Below, piece after piece: positions 11,287-22,028 of a stretch of DNA of 64,000 bases. The translations under genes and the position numbers were made by a program. Source of the stretch: an uncultured Acidobacteriota bacterium. GTDB taxonomy: Bacteria > Acidobacteriota > Blastocatellia > RBC074. Location of the stretch: positions 268,262-332,261 of the forward strand of contig CAWCGF010000039.1 of assembly GCA_963794955.1 (NCBI GenBank). Reading direction: 5' to 3'. Numbering within the stretch: the stretch's first letter is position 1; the number at the start of each line of letters is the position of its first letter. Below the pieces are notes generated by a model. That model saw nothing but the letters and a program-made list of their open reading frames with translations. It ran no database searches and had not been told where the DNA came from.

Positions 11287-12194
11287 TTACACAAAAACCG
11301 TACAACCTTGCGGTTCCAACTTCGTAATCCAAGCAGGAACTTCAGCCAGCCGATTCCAACGCAAATCCAGCTTTTCCAACTTCGGCAATTCGCCCAAACT
11401 CGCGGGCAACGCAGTCAACTTATTGGCTCGCAAATCCAAATAGCGAAGATTCGGTAAATTGCCCAATGTTTCCGGCACCAAAGCCAATTGATTATTGCGC
11501 AAATCCAAATCCGTCAGATTTTCTAATTCGCCAATAGAGGCGGGCAACGAGGTAATCCGATTCCCTTCCAAAATCAATTTTCGCAAGCCTTCTCATCTGC
11601 CCAATCGTGGACGGCAGCGACACCAATTTATTTTTCATCAAATGCACTTCTTTGAGCTTCGCCAATGCCCCAAGCGATTCCGGCAACGAAGCAAACGAAT
11701 TGTTATAAGCCCGCAGTTCGATCAGGTTCGTCAAGCTCTCAATCCATGCCGGGAAATCGGTCAGTTGATTATCTGTGATGTTCAGATACAGCAAACTTTG
11801 CAGATGGCAAAACGAATCCGGGCAGCGTGGTCAATTGGTTATTGCTCAGGTACAGAAATTTCAGCTTCTGCAAATTCCCAAGTGATTCCGGCAGCGAAGC
11901 GATTTTGTTATGCCCCAAATCCAGCATTTCCAAATTCGTCAGCTTGCCAATGCCGTCGGAAATCGCAGCGAAATGATTGACCGATAAATTCAACGTTCGC
12001 AGCTTCGTCAATTGCCAAACGGTTTCGGGGATCGTCGTGAGTTGATTGCTGTAGACGCTTAACGTTTTCAGGTTGGTGAGTTGACCGATGCTTGCTGGCA
12101 AAGAAGTAAGTTGATTGTCATCTAGGATTAACGTTTCGAGCGAAGCTAGAGTATTAAGCGAGGCAGGAACAGAATGTAATTGCTTGCTTGTCAA
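11287..12194 (-). pseudogene. leucine-rich-repeat (LRR) protein gene disrupted by two frameshifts
   Basis: Three consecutive overlapping minus-strand ORFs (11769..12194, 11492..11794, 11287..11586) in different frames all encode canonical 23-residue LRRs (LxxLxxLxLxxNxLxxLP). There is no ATG start; the first ORF starts at TTG. Confidence 0.7.
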
Positions 12195-12834
12195 ATCTAA
12201 GATTCTTTGCTCATGGGCTTTATTGCATAGCTTCAGGACCAGATAAACTTAAGTGCATTGTTTGACGCTTTGATTGTCTTGCGCTTCAAGTCGCATTCAA
12301 AAACCATTTGCACTCCTATCTCCATGCCGATCGGCCCCCACATAGAAACACTCAAATTAAAAATTGGCGGCACGATAATCACCATCGTTTTCGCTTTAAT
12401 CTCCACGCTGATGTGTTAGCTCGGCAAAATCCTTCGATTCGCAACGCACACGCCTGCTAGGGACAAAGGCAGTATGGCAGTCACAAAGGGTAGTTCGGAT
12501 AAGGCCACTTGGCATAGGATCGCGGAGATAGTTTTCAATCTTACAGATTGAACTTTCTGGAATTCGGTAAGTTGCTGCGCCGTCATAACGCATCCGTAAA
12601 ACAGTGGAAGATCATGACAAAGCATTCCCGTATTCAGGATACCGAAGGCTAATCGTGAGGATATGATAATGAATCCTGCATTTTAACGTTTGTCTACGAA
12701 ATAATGTCGGAAGTACCGCCAAAGTAAGCGCCAGTATAGCGAAGGCCACGCTCAAGGAAGTATGCCCAGCCATTAAGGTAAGCAACTGGAAACTGTAATT
12801 CTCAAGTAACATTTCTTCTCAACCTACTGCTATA

Positions 12835-13788
12835 TCATCTCGGCACTTCGACCGAAGCCAAAATTTCATCAATCACCTGATCCGCCGTAATCCCTTCAAT
12901 CTCCGCATCCGAGCGCATCACGATGCGATGGCGCAGCACGGGATGGGTGACATCTCGAATGTCATCCGGCGTGGCAAAATCGCGGCTGCGCATCGCGGCT
13001 AAGGCTTTGCTTGCCAGCAACAAGGCTACGGAAGCGCGTGGGCTTGCGCCCCAATGGATGTTGGCGTGTTCGCGGGTGCGGCGGACGATTTCGACCAGGT
13101 ATTTTTGGATGCTGGGATCAACTATTACGCTGCGCACGGAGGCGCGCGCTTCGGCAATTGCGGCGGCATCTTCCAATGGTTGTAAGTTGGCGGATTCCAG
13201 TTTGCGCGCATTAAAGCCGGCTTGCCAATTGGCGATGACTTGCAACTCCTGCTCTTCGGTCGGATAGGAAATGATGACTTTGAGCAGGAAGCGATCCAGT
13301 TGAGCTTCGGGCAGCGGATAGGTGCCTTCGTATTCAATTGGATTCTCGGTCGCCAGCACCAAAAACAGCGGCGAGAGCGGATGGCTTTCGCCGTCAATCG
13401 ACACCTGTCGCTCTTCCATCGCTTCCAGCAACGCCGCTTGCGTCTTGGGTGGCGTGCGGTTGATTTCATCCGCCAGCAGCAAATCCGTAAACACCGGGCC
13501 ATAGCGCAAGGTGAACTGCGACGTAGACAAATTGAAGATATTCGTACCCGTAATGTCCGAAGGCATCAGGTCAGGCGTGAACTGAATCCGATTGAACGAA
13601 GCGCCGATGACTTTGGCCAGGGTTTTGATCAGCAAGGTTTTGGCTGTTCCCGGCACACCTTCGAGCAGCGCGTGCCCCTCGGCAAAGAGGCAAATCAAAA
13701 TCTGGTCAATAATGTCGTCCTGGCCGACGATGACTTTATGAATTTCCTGACGAATTTGCTGGGCAATAGTGGCGACGGTTTCTGACAT
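12835..13788 (-). CDS. MoxR-family AAA+ ATPase
   Basis: Walker A GVPGTAKT, Walker B LLADEINR, and a MoxR C-terminal region. Start trimmed to the ATG (MSETVATI). Confidence 0.9.
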   Translation of the reverse strand: MSETVATIAQQIRQEIHKVIVGQDDIIDQILICLFAEGHALLEGVPGTAKTLLIKTLAKVIGASFNRIQFTPDLMPSDITGTNIFNLSTSQFTLRYGPVFTDLLLADEINRTPPKTQAALLEAMEERQVSIDGESHPLSPLFLVLATENPIEYEGTYPLPEAQLDRFLLKVIISYPTEEQELQVIANWQAGFNARKLESANLQPLEDAAAIAEARASVRSVIVDPSIQKYLVEIVRRTREHANIHWGASPRASVALLLASKALAAMRSRDFATPDDIRDVTHPVLRHRIVMRSDAEIEGITADQVIDEILASVEVPR

Positions 13789-14035
13789 AGTTGGGTTGTC
13801 CGTAGTTGTCAGAAGCCATGAGCAGGTAGCTATAAGCAATTAGCCAATTCAGGAGAGCACCCAGATGCTGGCTAACAGCTAATGGCTAACGGCTAATGGC
13901 TAGCTGAAAAATCGCGCACACTATAACGAAAGAAACCGCAGGCGACAAGTTAGCGTGAGTATTGGATTTTGCCCATTGCGCCAACTGCCAAAAAACGATA
14001 CTCTTTGCGCCGTGTCCCGCCCTAATGATCCCAAT

Positions 14036-15430
14036 ATGCCGAACCTGATTATCGGGTCTCGTGGTAGCAAGCTGGCGCTGTGGCAAGCCAACTGGGTGAA
14101 GGCCGAGCTGGAACGATTGCACGACGGCCTCACAGTCGAAATCGAGATCATCAAAACCACTGGTGACAAACTAACCGAAGCTTCCCTGGCGCGGATGCCG
14201 GGCAAAGGTGTTTTCACCAAAGAAATCGAAGAAGCCCTGCTGGAGCGGCACGTGGATTTAGCGGTTCACAGCCTCAAAGATTTGCCCACGACGCTGCCCG
14301 ATGGTTTGCACCTGGCCGCCATCACCAAACGCGAAGACCCGCGCGACGCGCTCATCGTCAATCGTCGCCTCGTCTCGCGCGTCAACTCCCTCTTGAGCCT
14401 GCCCGTACAACCCCGCATTGGCACCAGTAGTCCGCGTCGCGCCGCACAAATTCGCCTGCTGCGCCCGGATGCACAAATCTTTGAATTGCGCGGCAATGTC
14501 GAAACCCGCCTACGCAAATTGGAGGAAGGCGAATACGACGCCATTATCTTGGCGGCAGCGGGGCTGAATCGGTTGGGCTTTAGCGCCCGCATCACGCAAT
14601 TCATTCCCATTAACCAATTGCTGCCAGCCGTCGGGCAAGGCGCGCTCGGCATCGAAACCTGTATCGAAGACGAACGCACGAATTTTTTGCTGGAAGGTCT
14701 CAATCATTGGCCCACGCGCAATGCCGTAGAAGCCGAACGCGCCTTGCTGAAAGGCTTAGGCGGCGGCTGCGCGGTGCCCATTGCGGCGTATGCTCAAGTT
14801 GAAGGCAAGGCGGAAAACGCGCCGCTCCAATTGGAAGCCCTGGTGTGCAACCTGGCGGGAACCAAAGTCGTACGACATGAAGTCACGGGCACACAGTTCA
14901 AATGCGAAGAGTTGGGCAGTTTGCTGGCGCGCCATTTGATTGCTGCCGGGGCGCGTGAATTGCTGGATGAGTCGAGCGAGGAAGAGGACAACAGCGGCGC
15001 GCCTTCCCGGGAAAGAGATGCCAGCCCCAGAGCAAGGCGATCAGCCAATGAAAATAATTCGCCCTTTGCCAATGATCCAATTCCATCTGGCGAAAGCCGC
15101 GCCGTAGCGGACAGGAGTGCTGTGGCAGTGCTGGAAGAACCGCCTGAACCGCAAGTGTATGCTAAACCATCGTTTGAGCCGTTGCCCGCGCCCTTCTCGA
15201 TTCCCCTCGTAGCGCCGCCTTTTACGCTTGAAACGGAACACCGCGCCGAAGAACCAAGCCCGGTAGTAAAAGAGGTTCCTGATGTCCCGGCTATGGTTGA
15301 AGTGGAAGCTGCACCTGCCCCACTCGCAGGCAAACGCATTCTCGTCACACGGGCGCGCCATCAGGCCGATGGTCTGGCGCATGCGCCTCAAAATACAAGG
15401 CGCGGAAGTGATTTCCTGTCCTACGATTGA
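14036..15430 (+). CDS. hemC: hydroxymethylbilane synthase (porphobilinogen deaminase) with a long Pro/Ala/Glu-rich C-terminal extension that runs into a HemD-like N-terminus
   Basis: [15 protein letters not shown] ... TTGDK ... [12 protein letters not shown] are HemC hallmarks. After ~330 aa comes a ~130-aa low-complexity linker, then [17 protein letters not shown], which is a HemD N-terminal strand. Confidence 0.85.
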   Translation: MPNLIIGSRGSKLALWQANWVKAELERLHDGLTVEIEIIKTTGDKLTEASLARMPGKGVFTKEIEEALLERHVDLAVHSLKDLPTTLPDGLHLAAITKREDPRDALIVNRRLVSRVNSLLSLPVQPRIGTSSPRRAAQIRLLRPDAQIFELRGNVETRLRKLEEGEYDAIILAAAGLNRLGFSARITQFIPINQLLPAVGQGALGIETCIEDERTNFLLEGLNHWPTRNAVEAERALLKGLGGGCAVPIAAYAQVEGKAENAPLQLEALVCNLAGTKVVRHEVTGTQFKCEELGSLLARHLIAAGARELLDESSEEEDNSGAPSRERDASPRARRSANENNSPFANDPIPSGESRAVADRSAVAVLEEPPEPQVYAKPSFEPLPAPFSIPLVAPPFTLETEHRAEEPSPVVKEVPDVPAMVEVEAAPAPLAGKRILVTRARHQADGLAHAPQNTRRGSDFLSYD

Positions 15431-16106
15431 AATTCGCCCGCCGGAGAGTTGGAAGGCTGTGGACGAGGCTATCAGCAATTTGCGGGCATATCACTGGTTG
15501 GTGTTTACCAGTTCCAACGGCGTGAGTTTCTTTCTGCGCCGCTTTGACGAAACCGGCCACGGACGCGCGGAATTGGCAGCCTTAAAAATCTGTGCAGTAG
15601 GAAAGAAGACCGCCGACAAGCTGAAAGAAGAACGGCTGCAAGTAGACCTGACCCCGGAGAAATTTACGGCGGAAACCCTGGTCTCAGCCTTCATCAGGAA
15701 ATACGGAGTCGGCCAACGCGTGCGCGGGACGCGGATGCTATTGCCCGCCGCCAATGCCACGCGTGACGTGATTCGGCCTTCGCTCGCCAAAGTCGGAGTG
15801 AATGTGGACGTGGTCGAAGCGTACCAAAATGTGCTGCCCGATCTGTCCAATCAAGAAGTGCTTTCGCTGGTCAACCAGGCCCAGGCTGATTATGTGATCT
15901 TTACCAGCCCTTCGACGGTGAACAATCTGGCGGTGTTGCTGGATTCAGATCAACTGGCTGCGCAATTGCCGCAAGCGCGAATCGCGTGTATCGGCCCAGT
16001 GACAGCCAAAGCGGCAGAGCAATGTGGACTCACTGTCCATCTCCTGCCGGAGGAACACACAGTACCAGCCATCGTGAAACTGATTATTCAGGATAGTCAG
16101 TCCTAA
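15381..16106 (+). CDS. hemD: uroporphyrinogen-III synthase, probably fused to hemC with an apparent +1 frameshift at ~15375-15382
   Basis: [21 protein letters not shown] ... [11 protein letters not shown] is HemD. The conserved N-terminal KRILVTR strand is in the upstream frame, contiguous with hemC. Confidence 0.7.
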   Translation: MRLKIQGAEVISCPTIEIRPPESWKAVDEAISNLRAYHWLVFTSSNGVSFFLRRFDETGHGRAELAALKICAVGKKTADKLKEERLQVDLTPEKFTAETLVSAFIRKYGVGQRVRGTRMLLPAANATRDVIRPSLAKVGVNVDVVEAYQNVLPDLSNQEVLSLVNQAQADYVIFTSPSTVNNLAVLLDSDQLAAQLPQARIACIGPVTAKAAEQCGLTVHLLPEEHTVPAIVKLIIQDSQS

Positions 16107-16693
16107 GCTTCAGCTTTTGCTTCCCGCCACAATCGCATAGCCAAAACGCCGGGCAACTCCATGCTCTTCAATCCCACCATATTTTCTGCCCCAAGCAATT
16201 TCATTCGCATTTGCTTGACCATTTCGGCCAGCGCTTCGTCGTGTGGTTCCAGACAATTGATCTGAAAGCCCGCCGAGGTCAGAAACCCAGCATAACAGGA
16301 GAGCGGTTGCGCATCAGCGATACAAGCCACCCACGCCAGAAGATTGTCCAATTCTTTCGGCCAATAGGCGCGGCCTTCCCCGATGCCAAAATCGAAGAGC
16401 AAAATATCTTTACCGCTGGGGACAAGGTTATGTATCGCTTTGTCAGGCATGACACACAGCAAGGCGATTTTATGGGCGTGCCTGTCACGGCTAAGCCTAT
16501 CGCACTCCCCGGCATTACGATCCGGCGTTTTGCAGATGGCAAATGCGTTGAGCGAGGGAGCCAGGCGGACGGCTTGAGCGTAATGCAACAAATCGGCGCG
16601 TTGCTCGCTCCCGCACAATGGGATTAAGCTAAGAAAGGCGAGAGTACGGAAACACACAGAAAGAACGAAACACCCGGAAATTTGGCCCAACAT
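16103..16693 (-). CDS. hypothetical protein (196 aa)
   Basis: Long ORF convergent with hemD. No family recognised. Confidence 0.4.
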   Translation of the reverse strand: MLGQISGCFVLSVCFRTLAFLSLIPLCGSEQRADLLHYAQAVRLAPSLNAFAICKTPDRNAGECDRLSRDRHAHKIALLCVMPDKAIHNLVPSGKDILLFDFGIGEGRAYWPKELDNLLAWVACIADAQPLSCYAGFLTSAGFQINCLEPHDEALAEMVKQMRMKLLGAENMVGLKSMELPGVLAMRLWREAKAEA

Positions 16694-17037
16694 GGGGCTT
16701 GATTCTGTCTGTTCCGTTCATTGCGTGTGTGCCGTACGCTCTCTGCTGCCTTCACCACCCGTTTGCTTAATCCCATTGCGCTCCCGCATAGAAAAATACC
16801 AACAGGCAGGTCGTCACCGCTCATCCACTTGCTTCGGTCTCAAAGCAGGAATGCACTTCGGCGCTATACATGCGGATGGTGATCCGCGTATTATTCAGTT
16901 TGCACTTAAGCTTTATTTCTAAGGTTCATACAAAGTAGTCATTGCAGTACGAAGAAGTGGTAATGACTTGAAGTTTGTTTTTCTTAACAAACCGGGCACT
17001 ACCGCATTTCATCACCGTATCGCGCCTTATCTCCCCT

Positions 17038-18363
17038 ATGCCAAGTGAAAGTGGATTGACTGAAGCCGTTTCAAGCGCACCACCAGCGCCGCCCGTACCG
17101 CGTTCTTTTCTGGAATACCTTCGCTCGTTTGGGCCTGGCATCATTATTGTGCTGACGTGGCTCGGTGCGGGCGATGTGGTGGATATGGGTATCGCGGGCA
17201 GCAATTATGGCTATTCGCTGATGTGGGTGCTGGTGGTGGCGATTTTTATGCGGTTCCTGTTCGTGTCGCTGATTGCCCGGTATCAATTATGTAATCAGCA
17301 TGGTGAAGGGGTGCTGGATGGGTTGGCCCGGCTGCATCGGTGGTATGCGCCGGTGCTGTTTGTTGCGGCGATTTTGATGGGGCACGTCTATGAATCGTAT
17401 ATGACAGTTGGGACAGGGGAGGTTTGTCGCAATCTGTTTCGTTTCGGGCAAACGTGGCAATGGGCAATACTGTGTAATGGCGTGGCGCTGCTGTTGGTTT
17501 TTCGCCCCCAATACGAGCGACTCGAAACCATCTTCAAAATCCTCCTGGGTATTCTGGCTGTCTCGTTCGTGGGTTCTGCACTTTGGGTGGGGATCAATTT
17601 TACCGGATTAGCCCAAGGACTCTATCGCTTTCAACTGCCAGATCAACGCGGGCAGTTCAATCCGCTGCTCGTGGCGGTAGCAATGATCGGAGCGGTCGGC
17701 GGTTCGCTCATGAATTTGGCATATCCCTATTTTTTGGAAGCTAAGGGTTGGCGTGGACCGCAATATCGCCGTATGCAATTCTATGATTTTCTGCTGGCGA
17801 TTACGGTCATGATCATTTTAAATTTGGCCGTTTGGACGCTGGGAGCGGAATTGCTCTACCCGGATAAACAGATCAAGGAACTGGACGATTTACCCCGTTT
17901 ATTGAGTACGGTTTTGGGCGAAGGGGGCCGCGTTCTGTTTTATCTGGGCATCTTTGCAGCGGTGTATACTTCGGTGCTCGGCCACGCCGCAGGATTGGCT
18001 TATATGGGTAGCCACGCCTGGTTGCGATGGGAGGCGGGGACGGAACCGATCAAACGCGATTATCGTCAACATCCGCTCTATCGCTGGATCGCCGTGTGGT
18101 GTCTGGTTTCTCCCCTGATTTGGACAATACCGGGAATGCCGGACTTTGTTACGCTGACGTTGATCGCTAACAGTGCACAGGTTATCTTATTACCTCTCCT
18201 GGCTGGAGGTATCTGGTGGATTACGGCTGACAGACGATACATCGGGGCAGAATATCGCAATCGTTGGTGGGAAAACCTGCTGATGGCGTTGTTATTTGCG
18301 CTGGCAATTTATGGGGCCATTCATTCTGTCATCTCAATTATCCAGACCTTAAAAATCTCCTGA
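17038..18363 (+). CDS. NRAMP-fold divalent metal cation transporter-like membrane protein
   Basis: GPGIIIVLTWLGAGDVV ... AGSNYGYSLMWVLVV parallels the NRAMP GPG...DPGN...GY.LLWVLL signature (a distant member). ~11 transmembrane helices. Confidence 0.7.
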   Translation: MPSESGLTEAVSSAPPAPPVPRSFLEYLRSFGPGIIIVLTWLGAGDVVDMGIAGSNYGYSLMWVLVVAIFMRFLFVSLIARYQLCNQHGEGVLDGLARLHRWYAPVLFVAAILMGHVYESYMTVGTGEVCRNLFRFGQTWQWAILCNGVALLLVFRPQYERLETIFKILLGILAVSFVGSALWVGINFTGLAQGLYRFQLPDQRGQFNPLLVAVAMIGAVGGSLMNLAYPYFLEAKGWRGPQYRRMQFYDFLLAITVMIILNLAVWTLGAELLYPDKQIKELDDLPRLLSTVLGEGGRVLFYLGIFAAVYTSVLGHAAGLAYMGSHAWLRWEAGTEPIKRDYRQHPLYRWIAVWCLVSPLIWTIPGMPDFVTLTLIANSAQVILLPLLAGGIWWITADRRYIGAEYRNRWWENLLMALLFALAIYGAIHSVISIIQTLKIS

Positions 18364-18762
18364 ATCACGAAAGCCGCTAATAAAACTTGTTTCCGTTCGA
18401 CAGGCAGGCAAGGCTAACTTCCGGTGCTACACAGAACACCTGCTACAGAGTGGGGCTGACTTGCTCTCTAAAATTGCGAAGAGAACCCGACGTTTTCAGG
18501 GCATAAATCACCTTTAGCCAATCTTTATCTCGGTTTTTACGGAAAATTTACCTCATCTAAAGGACAGATCGCGGCGAATATAACTAAATTTTCCTGGACT
18601 GAGCGGCTAACGCTCGTACTGGGACACATTGCTAGGTGGCATCTAATTCTATCCACACTTAAGTTAATGAAAATTTCGCCGCTTGATTTTCACAAGACAC
18701 GCGAAAGTTAAACAAACCGGGAATAAACTCCGGCAAAGCTGTGCTGAAAGGAAAATTCACTT

Positions 18763-20442
18763 ATGCTCCGCAAGTCATGCTATCTCCTCCTGCTGTTGCT
18801 GGTGTTCACAGCAGCTTCCGCTGCAGGACAAACACCACAAGTGATTTACCTCTGGCCAAGTGGTCATCCCACACTGCAAGGCGCGAACGAAAAAGAAATT
18901 ACGAATCCGCCGAATCCCCAGCCCGGGCAAGTCATTCGCCAAGTCAAAAATATTCATAATCCCTCCCTTGAAGTCTTGCTGCCTCCACCCGGCAAAGCTA
19001 CTGGCGCAGCATTGATTATTGCCGCCGGTGGTGGTCACCGGGAAGAAAATATCGGCACTGAAGGTTATGATCTGAAAGAATGGCTGCATGGCCTAGGCGT
19101 TACGGTCATCATTTTGAAATATCGGTTACAGTTCACGCCTAACTACAAATACACCGTCGAAGGTGAAGCTTTGCAAGATACGCTACGCGCCGTTCGCATT
19201 GTACGCCATCGCGCCCGCGAGTGGGGCATCAACCCAAGTCGCGTCGGAATTCTCGGTTTTTCGGCGGGTGGTGCCTTGGCAGCGCTGGCAGACGTACGTT
19301 TTGATCGTGGCAAAGCCGATGCCGAAGACCCGATTGAGCGGCAAAGCTCGCGGCCTGATTTTGTCGGACTGGTCTATGCCGGCTGGTCGCCGAGGATGGA
19401 CATCACCGCGCCGAATGATGCGGCCACAGCCTTTCTCACCAGCGCCGGACTGGACGATGCTTCGCACGCACGCCAGACCGTAGACTTCTACAACTCGCTT
19501 TTCAAAGCAGGTGTGCCTGTCGAGTTGCACATCTACGGACACGGCGGACATGCGAATGGCATTAAGCCGCGCGATGGCATTCCCTTCGGTACGTGGCATA
19601 TTCGCTTTCAGGAATGGTTGGCAGATTTAGGAATGCTGAAACCCGCGACAGGCACGGGCGCGAGCTTCAAAGGGCCAATTGGTTTGCAGCTTTATTCGCT
19701 GCGCGATCAGTTTGCCAAAGATGTGCCGTCCACGCTGGATCGTGTGCGCGACCTCGGAATTCAATATGTCGAATTAGCAGGCACATACAAAATTGCGCCC
19801 GAAACATTCAAGCAACAACTCGAAGCCAAAGGCTTGAAACCGATCAGTGGTCACTTCCCCTTCGAGCGCTACCGCGATGATGTTGAAGGTATTGCGCGCG
19901 AAGCCAAAGCACTCGGCTTGCAATATGTCGGTTGCGCGTGGATTCCGCATCAAGCCCCATTTGACGAAAAGACCGCCCGCGAAGCTGCGGCTGTCTTCAA
20001 TCGCGCGGGCGCAGCGTTGGCGAAACATGGTCTGAAGTTTTTCTACCATACGCACGGTTACGAATTTCAACCGCACGGCGACGGCACTTTGTTTGACCTG
20101 CTGATGGCAGAAACGAAGCCGGACTTCGTGCGCTATGAAATGGACGTGTTCTGGATCGTGCATCCGAAACAAGACCCGGTGAAGCTGCTGGAAAAATACG
20201 GCAGCCGCTTCGAGTTGATGCACGTTAAGGATATGCGCCGAGGCACGCCGACCGGTTTGCTGACAGGCAAATCAGATGTCACCAACGACGTGGCCATCGG
20301 CACCGGCACGATGAAATGGCCAGAGATTTTGCAGGCCGCGCAAAAGGCAGGAGTAAAGTGGTATTTCATCGAAGACGAATCACCTGTTTCCATCGAACAG
20401 ATTCCGCTGAGCCTGCGCTTTTTGGAGCGCGTCAAATTCTAA
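18763..20442 (+). CDS. secreted fusion protein: alpha/beta-hydrolase (esterase) domain plus xylose-isomerase-like TIM-barrel (sugar phosphate isomerase/epimerase) domain
   Basis: Signal peptide. [10 protein letters not shown] nucleophile elbow in the N-terminal half. [12 protein letters not shown] ... YVEL ... TIM-barrel motifs in the C-terminal half. Confidence 0.7.
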   Translation: MLRKSCYLLLLLLVFTAASAAGQTPQVIYLWPSGHPTLQGANEKEITNPPNPQPGQVIRQVKNIHNPSLEVLLPPPGKATGAALIIAAGGGHREENIGTEGYDLKEWLHGLGVTVIILKYRLQFTPNYKYTVEGEALQDTLRAVRIVRHRAREWGINPSRVGILGFSAGGALAALADVRFDRGKADAEDPIERQSSRPDFVGLVYAGWSPRMDITAPNDAATAFLTSAGLDDASHARQTVDFYNSLFKAGVPVELHIYGHGGHANGIKPRDGIPFGTWHIRFQEWLADLGMLKPATGTGASFKGPIGLQLYSLRDQFAKDVPSTLDRVRDLGIQYVELAGTYKIAPETFKQQLEAKGLKPISGHFPFERYRDDVEGIAREAKALGLQYVGCAWIPHQAPFDEKTAREAAAVFNRAGAALAKHGLKFFYHTHGYEFQPHGDGTLFDLLMAETKPDFVRYEMDVFWIVHPKQDPVKLLEKYGSRFELMHVKDMRRGTPTGLLTGKSDVTNDVAIGTGTMKWPEILQAAQKAGVKWYFIEDESPVSIEQIPLSLRFLERVKF

Positions 20443-20509
20443 AGGAATCATCGCACAGCGAGTGCAAACATCGGCGCTCGCTGCCAAAGTCTTGCTACGA
20501 GACCTACTT

Positions 20510-22021
20510 ATGAAACTATTTACGTTCACCTTATTGCTGCTCCTCTGCTGTGGACTGTTGGTCTCCGGCAGTTCCGTTTTTTCGCAAAACAATCAACCGA
20601 CCTACAAATACGGGCAGTTTGAAGATTCCCGCGACATCGGTACCGTCAAGCATCCCGGTTCGGTTGAATACGACGCAGCAAAAAAGACCTACACGATTGC
20701 GGGCGGCGGCGAAAATATGTGGGCAACAACGGATGCCTTTCATTATCTCTATCGGCGGATTTCCGGCGATGTTTCGTTTGCAGCGGACATCAATTTCGTC
20801 GGCACGGGCGGCAACGCGCATCGCAAAGGCGTGCTGATCTTGCGCCAAAATTTCGACGCCGATTCGCCCTACGCGGACGCCGCACTGCACGGTGACGGAC
20901 TGACCTCCTTGCAATACCGCGAAGCCAAAGGCGGCCCCACGCGCGAAGTGCAAGCGAACGTCAAAGGCCCGTACCGCATCCAGATTGAAAAGCGTGGCGA
21001 TTACGTTTGGATGAACATTGCCCGCGCAGGCGAGTCGCTGCAATCGGCGGGTGGTTCGTTTCGCATCAAGTTCACCGAACCGTTTTACATTGGTTTGGGT
21101 GTCTGTGCGCACGACAACAACGCGCTTGAGAAAGTCGTTTTCTCCAACGTCGAAATCAAACAACGCCCCGCGCCGCTGCTGGAAAGCACCTTGGAAACGG
21201 TTGCCATCGCGTCCAAAGACCGCAAAGTCGTTTACACCAAACGCGCGCATTTTGAAGCGCCGAACTGGTCGCGCGAGGGCAAAGACCTTTACTTCAATCA
21301 GGGCGGAAAAATTATGAAGCTGCCTGTCACAGGCGGCGAACCACAGGCAATTGATACCGGCATTGCAACACGCAACAACAACGATCACGGCATCTCTCCA
21401 GATGGCAAATGGCTGGCCATTAGCGATCAATCGCAGGAACAGCGGCGGTCGCTGATTTATGTCGTACCAATTACGGGTGGCACGCCACGCCGTGTCACAC
21501 AACTTGCGCCTTCGTACTGGCATGGGTGGTCGCCGGACGGCAAGACATTGGCCTACTGTGCAGATCGCAATGGCAACTTTGATGTCTACACGATTCCGGT
21601 CGAAGGTGGGCAGGAAAAACGGCTCACAACGGCAGAAGGCTTGGATGACGGGCCGGAATATTCGCCGGACGGTCAGTACATTTATTTCAATTCGGTGCGC
21701 ACAGGCTTGATGCAAATCTGGCGCATGAAGGCCGATGGCAGCGAACAGACCCAAGTCACCAAAGACGAATACAACAACTGGTTTGCGCATCCGTCTCCTG
21801 ATGGCAAATGGCTGGTCATTATTTCGTATGAAAAAGACGTGACCGGGCATCCGGCCAACAAAGACGTGATGTTGCGTCTAATTCCTGTGACGCCGACGGG
21901 CTTCGGCGAAATTCAGGTCTTAGCCAAATTGTTTGGCGGGCAAGGCACGATGAACGTGCCCTCGTGGTCGCCAGACAGCAAGCAACTGGCTTTTGTAAGT
22001 TACCGATTGATCGAGCAGTAA
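20510..22021 (+). CDS. secreted protein with an N-terminal concanavalin/DUF1349-like domain and a C-terminal TolB-like (PD40) beta-propeller
   Basis: Signal peptide. Five repeated S/PPDGK(W/T)LA(F/I) PD40 blades. Confidence 0.7.
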   Translation: MKLFTFTLLLLLCCGLLVSGSSVFSQNNQPTYKYGQFEDSRDIGTVKHPGSVEYDAAKKTYTIAGGGENMWATTDAFHYLYRRISGDVSFAADINFVGTGGNAHRKGVLILRQNFDADSPYADAALHGDGLTSLQYREAKGGPTREVQANVKGPYRIQIEKRGDYVWMNIARAGESLQSAGGSFRIKFTEPFYIGLGVCAHDNNALEKVVFSNVEIKQRPAPLLESTLETVAIASKDRKVVYTKRAHFEAPNWSREGKDLYFNQGGKIMKLPVTGGEPQAIDTGIATRNNNDHGISPDGKWLAISDQSQEQRRSLIYVVPITGGTPRRVTQLAPSYWHGWSPDGKTLAYCADRNGNFDVYTIPVEGGQEKRLTTAEGLDDGPEYSPDGQYIYFNSVRTGLMQIWRMKADGSEQTQVTKDEYNNWFAHPSPDGKWLVIISYEKDVTGHPANKDVMLRLIPVTPTGFGEIQVLAKLFGGQGTMNVPSWSPDSKQLAFVSYRLIEQ

Positions 22022-22028
22022 AAACCCT

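Noticed and set aside
11795-11840. possible fifth copy of the family-1 hairpin (cagcaaactttgcag)
   Set aside because: Only a 12-nt partial match. It is not palindromic and lies inside LRR coding sequence.
15282-15380. N-terminal 33 residues of the annotated hemD ORF ([16 protein letters not shown]…)
   Set aside because: This part overlaps the hemC frame and has no HemD similarity. The genuine HemD N-terminus (KRILVTR) is in the hemC frame, so the 15282 start is an artefact of the frameshift.
16693-17037. Mn-sensing yybP-ykoY riboswitch upstream of the NRAMP-like transporter
   Set aside because: I looked for the conserved yybP-ykoY motif blocks, including the G-rich AGUAG-type internal loops, and did not find them. 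Only a short inverted repeat (agtcattgcagtac…gtaatgact) is present.
20531-21850. 439-aa minus-strand ORF
   Set aside because: It lies entirely antisense within the well-supported TolB-like/lectin gene (20510..22021). Its protein is Arg/Ala-rich with no motifs. This is a typical high-GC shadow ORF.
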